Assembly (NCBI GenBank): GCA_965218055.1
Contig: CBDCKA010000002.1
Coordinates: 931,644-995,643, forward strand
Reading direction: 5' to 3'
DNA from: Terriglobia bacterium
Lineage (GTDB): Bacteria; Acidobacteriota; Terriglobia; JAJPHL01; JAPKYU01
DNA: 64,000 nucleotides
The position numbers and the translations under genes are program-made. The notes under the pieces are model-generated. The model searched no databases and had not been told where the DNA came from. It saw nothing but the letters and a program-made list of their open reading frames with translations. Shown here in pieces: positions 63,101 to 64,000 of the stretch; the first letter of the stretch is position 1; every line of letters starts with the position of its first letter.

Positions 63101-64000
63101 TGGTGGGTAAGGTAACCCCCAAGGGGGAAACTCAGCTGACTCCCGAGGAGAAATTGCTGCGCGCCATCTTTGGCGAGAAGGCGGGCGACGTGCGCGACGC
63201 CTCGCTGTACTGTCCTCCGGGCATTGAGGGCACTGTCGTGGACGTGAAAATTTTCTCCCGCAAGGGACAGGAGAAGGACGAACGTGCCAGGTCCATTGAA
63301 GCCGCCGAGGTGGTGCTACTGGAAAAGAACCTGGCTGACCAGATCAAGATCCTGACCGACGAGCGGCGGAACCGCTTGACGACCCTGCTGGGCGGAAAGA
63401 GGCTGCTGGCCGACCTGCATGATGAGCGAACCAATAAGCGCCTGCTGAGCAAGGGGACGGTGCTAGCGCCAGATTTGATCGCCCACGTGAAGTCGCGCGA
63501 CCTCAAACGCATGAAGATTGCCGACAGGGACCCACGGCTGAGCGAAGAGGTCGACGAAATCGAAGAGATGACGTCGCGGCAGATTGACGTGCTGCAGAAG
63601 ATTACTAAAGAAAAAGAAGAAAAACTGAAGAAGGGCGACGAGCTGCCACCGGGCGTGATCAAGCTGGTGAAGATCTACATCGCCATGAAGCGGAAGCTGT
63701 CGGTAGGTGACAAAATGGCCGGCCGGCACGGCAACAAAGGTGTGATCGCCCGGATTGTGCCCGAAGAGGATATGCCCCACCTGCCCGACGGCACGCCGGT
63801 GGAGATTGTGCTGAACCCGCTGGGGGTGCCCTCGCGCATGAACGTGGGCCAGATCCTGGAGACACACCTGGGGTGGGCGGGCCATGTGCTGGGGCTGCGT
63901 TTTGCCTCGCCGGTCTTCGACGGCGCCACCGAGACCGAGATCAAGAAGATGCTGAAGCAAGCGAACTTGCCCCTGTCCGGTAAGACCGTGCTGTACGACG
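60127..64000 (+). CDS. rpoB: RNA polymerase beta subunit, 3'-truncated by window edge
   Basis: Open frame from ATG 60127: [73 protein letters not shown]; absent from the ORF track because there is no stop in the window. Confidence 0.98.
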   Translation, partial: MQTTLYGTSERIDFSKIGTAIPIPNLIEVQKKSYDRFLQMDRLPSEREDSGLQSVFNSVFPITDFRGISSLEFVDYSIGNWECKCGNFKGLHHLRSTCQNCAATIITNPFAIGQEVLCSSCGTFNRNVVAFCNKCGDPVGLQLKYDVAECQERGMTYSAPLKVTIRLTIYEKSPETGAKSIRDIKEQEVFFGEIPLMTENGTFIINGTERVIVNQLHRSPGVFFESANQRTYFLGKIIPYRGSWVEFEYDAKNVLYVRIDRKRKFLGTIFLRALGLKSDEEILRSFYQVERIRLEGKKLYWQVSEGLLGLKLSHQVLHPRSGEVLMHAGKKITPQVLKELQKARIPQVEISLHDLEEAFTAADIVHPESGEILAEANHDLSSNLFSTLQDAGISELSVFFPERDEMGPVIGQTLKRDNIKTSQEALIEIYRKLRPGDPPTLETATALFQGMFFDPRKYDFSRVGRLKSNIKLGAENSLDNRTLEQEDFLATIRYQLKLRRNIGNVDDIDHLGNRRVRAVGELLENQFRIGLVRMERAIKEKMSVYQEISTAMPHDLVNAKPVMAAIREFFGSSQLSQFMDQTNPLSEITHKRRLSALGPGGLSRERAGFEVRDVHPTHYGRICPIETPEGPNIGLISSLSCYAQINEFGFIESPYRKVEKGRTVDYVTILNGGDTGLKVGEHVEKRRLEESNREAKARHKRGAENEPYCFYLSAWEEDKYVIAQANVELDEHGRIVPELVNARQAGNFVLKSRNEIDFIDISPKQLVSVAASLVPFLENDDANRALMGSNMQRQAVPLLRAGAPVVGTGMEYVTARDSGAVVLCRRDGTVETVDSERIIVRAEGEGEPGTMSAAIHADVYQLTKFKRSNQNTCINQKPVARRGERVRRGQVLADGPCTHRGELALGRNILVAFMPWRGYNFEDAIVVSEKLVKEDSYTSIHIEEFEIEARDTKLGPEDITRDIPNIAESFLRNLDESGIICTGATIRPGDILVGKVTPKGETQLTPEEKLLRAIFGEKAGDVRDASLYCPPGIEGTVVDVKIFSRKGQEKDERARSIEAAEVVLLEKNLADQIKILTDERRNRLTTLLGGKRLLADLHDERTNKRLLSKGTVLAPDLIAHVKSRDLKRMKIADRDPRLSEEVDEIEEMTSRQIDVLQKITKEKEEKLKKGDELPPGVIKLVKIYIAMKRKLSVGDKMAGRHGNKGVIARIVPEEDMPHLPDGTPVEIVLNPLGVPSRMNVGQILETHLGWAGHVLGLRFASPVFDGATETEIKKMLKQANLPLSGKTVLYD

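Overview
A 64-kb GC-rich bacterial chromosome segment, most consistent with Acidobacteriota (Terriglobia/Solibacter-like): it has an NHL/Ig protein with the Solibacter-type C-terminal domain, a Cys-rich insertion in RpoB, a kinase-TolB-TPR protein and multiple PilZ proteins. Most of it is housekeeping: hutU (partial)-ftcD; a minus-strand TPR-nfeD-SPFH / SPOR-lipA-lnt-prfB block (prfB with the classic CTT-TGA-C +1 frameshift); smc; purC-cvpA-Fis-like; uppS-cdsA-dxr-rseP; dnaK-dnaJ-hspR; thiL; and the tRNA-tuf-rpmG-tRNA-Trp-secE-nusG-rplKAJL-rpoB (partial) cluster. An accessory stretch at about 24.5-46 kb holds surface and signalling proteins, a TonB-like gene cut by an IS3-family element, and an ACE-like M2 peptidase. 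Best leads: (1) a hidden OsmC-like gene (15696 to 15349, minus) with an in-frame UGA at the catalytic-Cys position followed by a strong SECIS-like hairpin, i.e. a likely selenoprotein the ORF track misses; (2) a tightly coupled three-gene module (34046 to 30700) encoding a signal-peptide/YIDPGSG/TM micro-protein, a kinase-like/SAM-methyltransferase fusion, and a membrane Thr-nucleophile alkaline-phosphatase-superfamily transferase (NoeA/NoeB-like); (3) substitutions at normally invariant residues (EF-Tu NKxD to SKVD, urocanase active site, a degenerate GGDEF with intact I-site). No CRISPR or rRNA was seen. All assignments come from motif recognition by eye; no searches were run.
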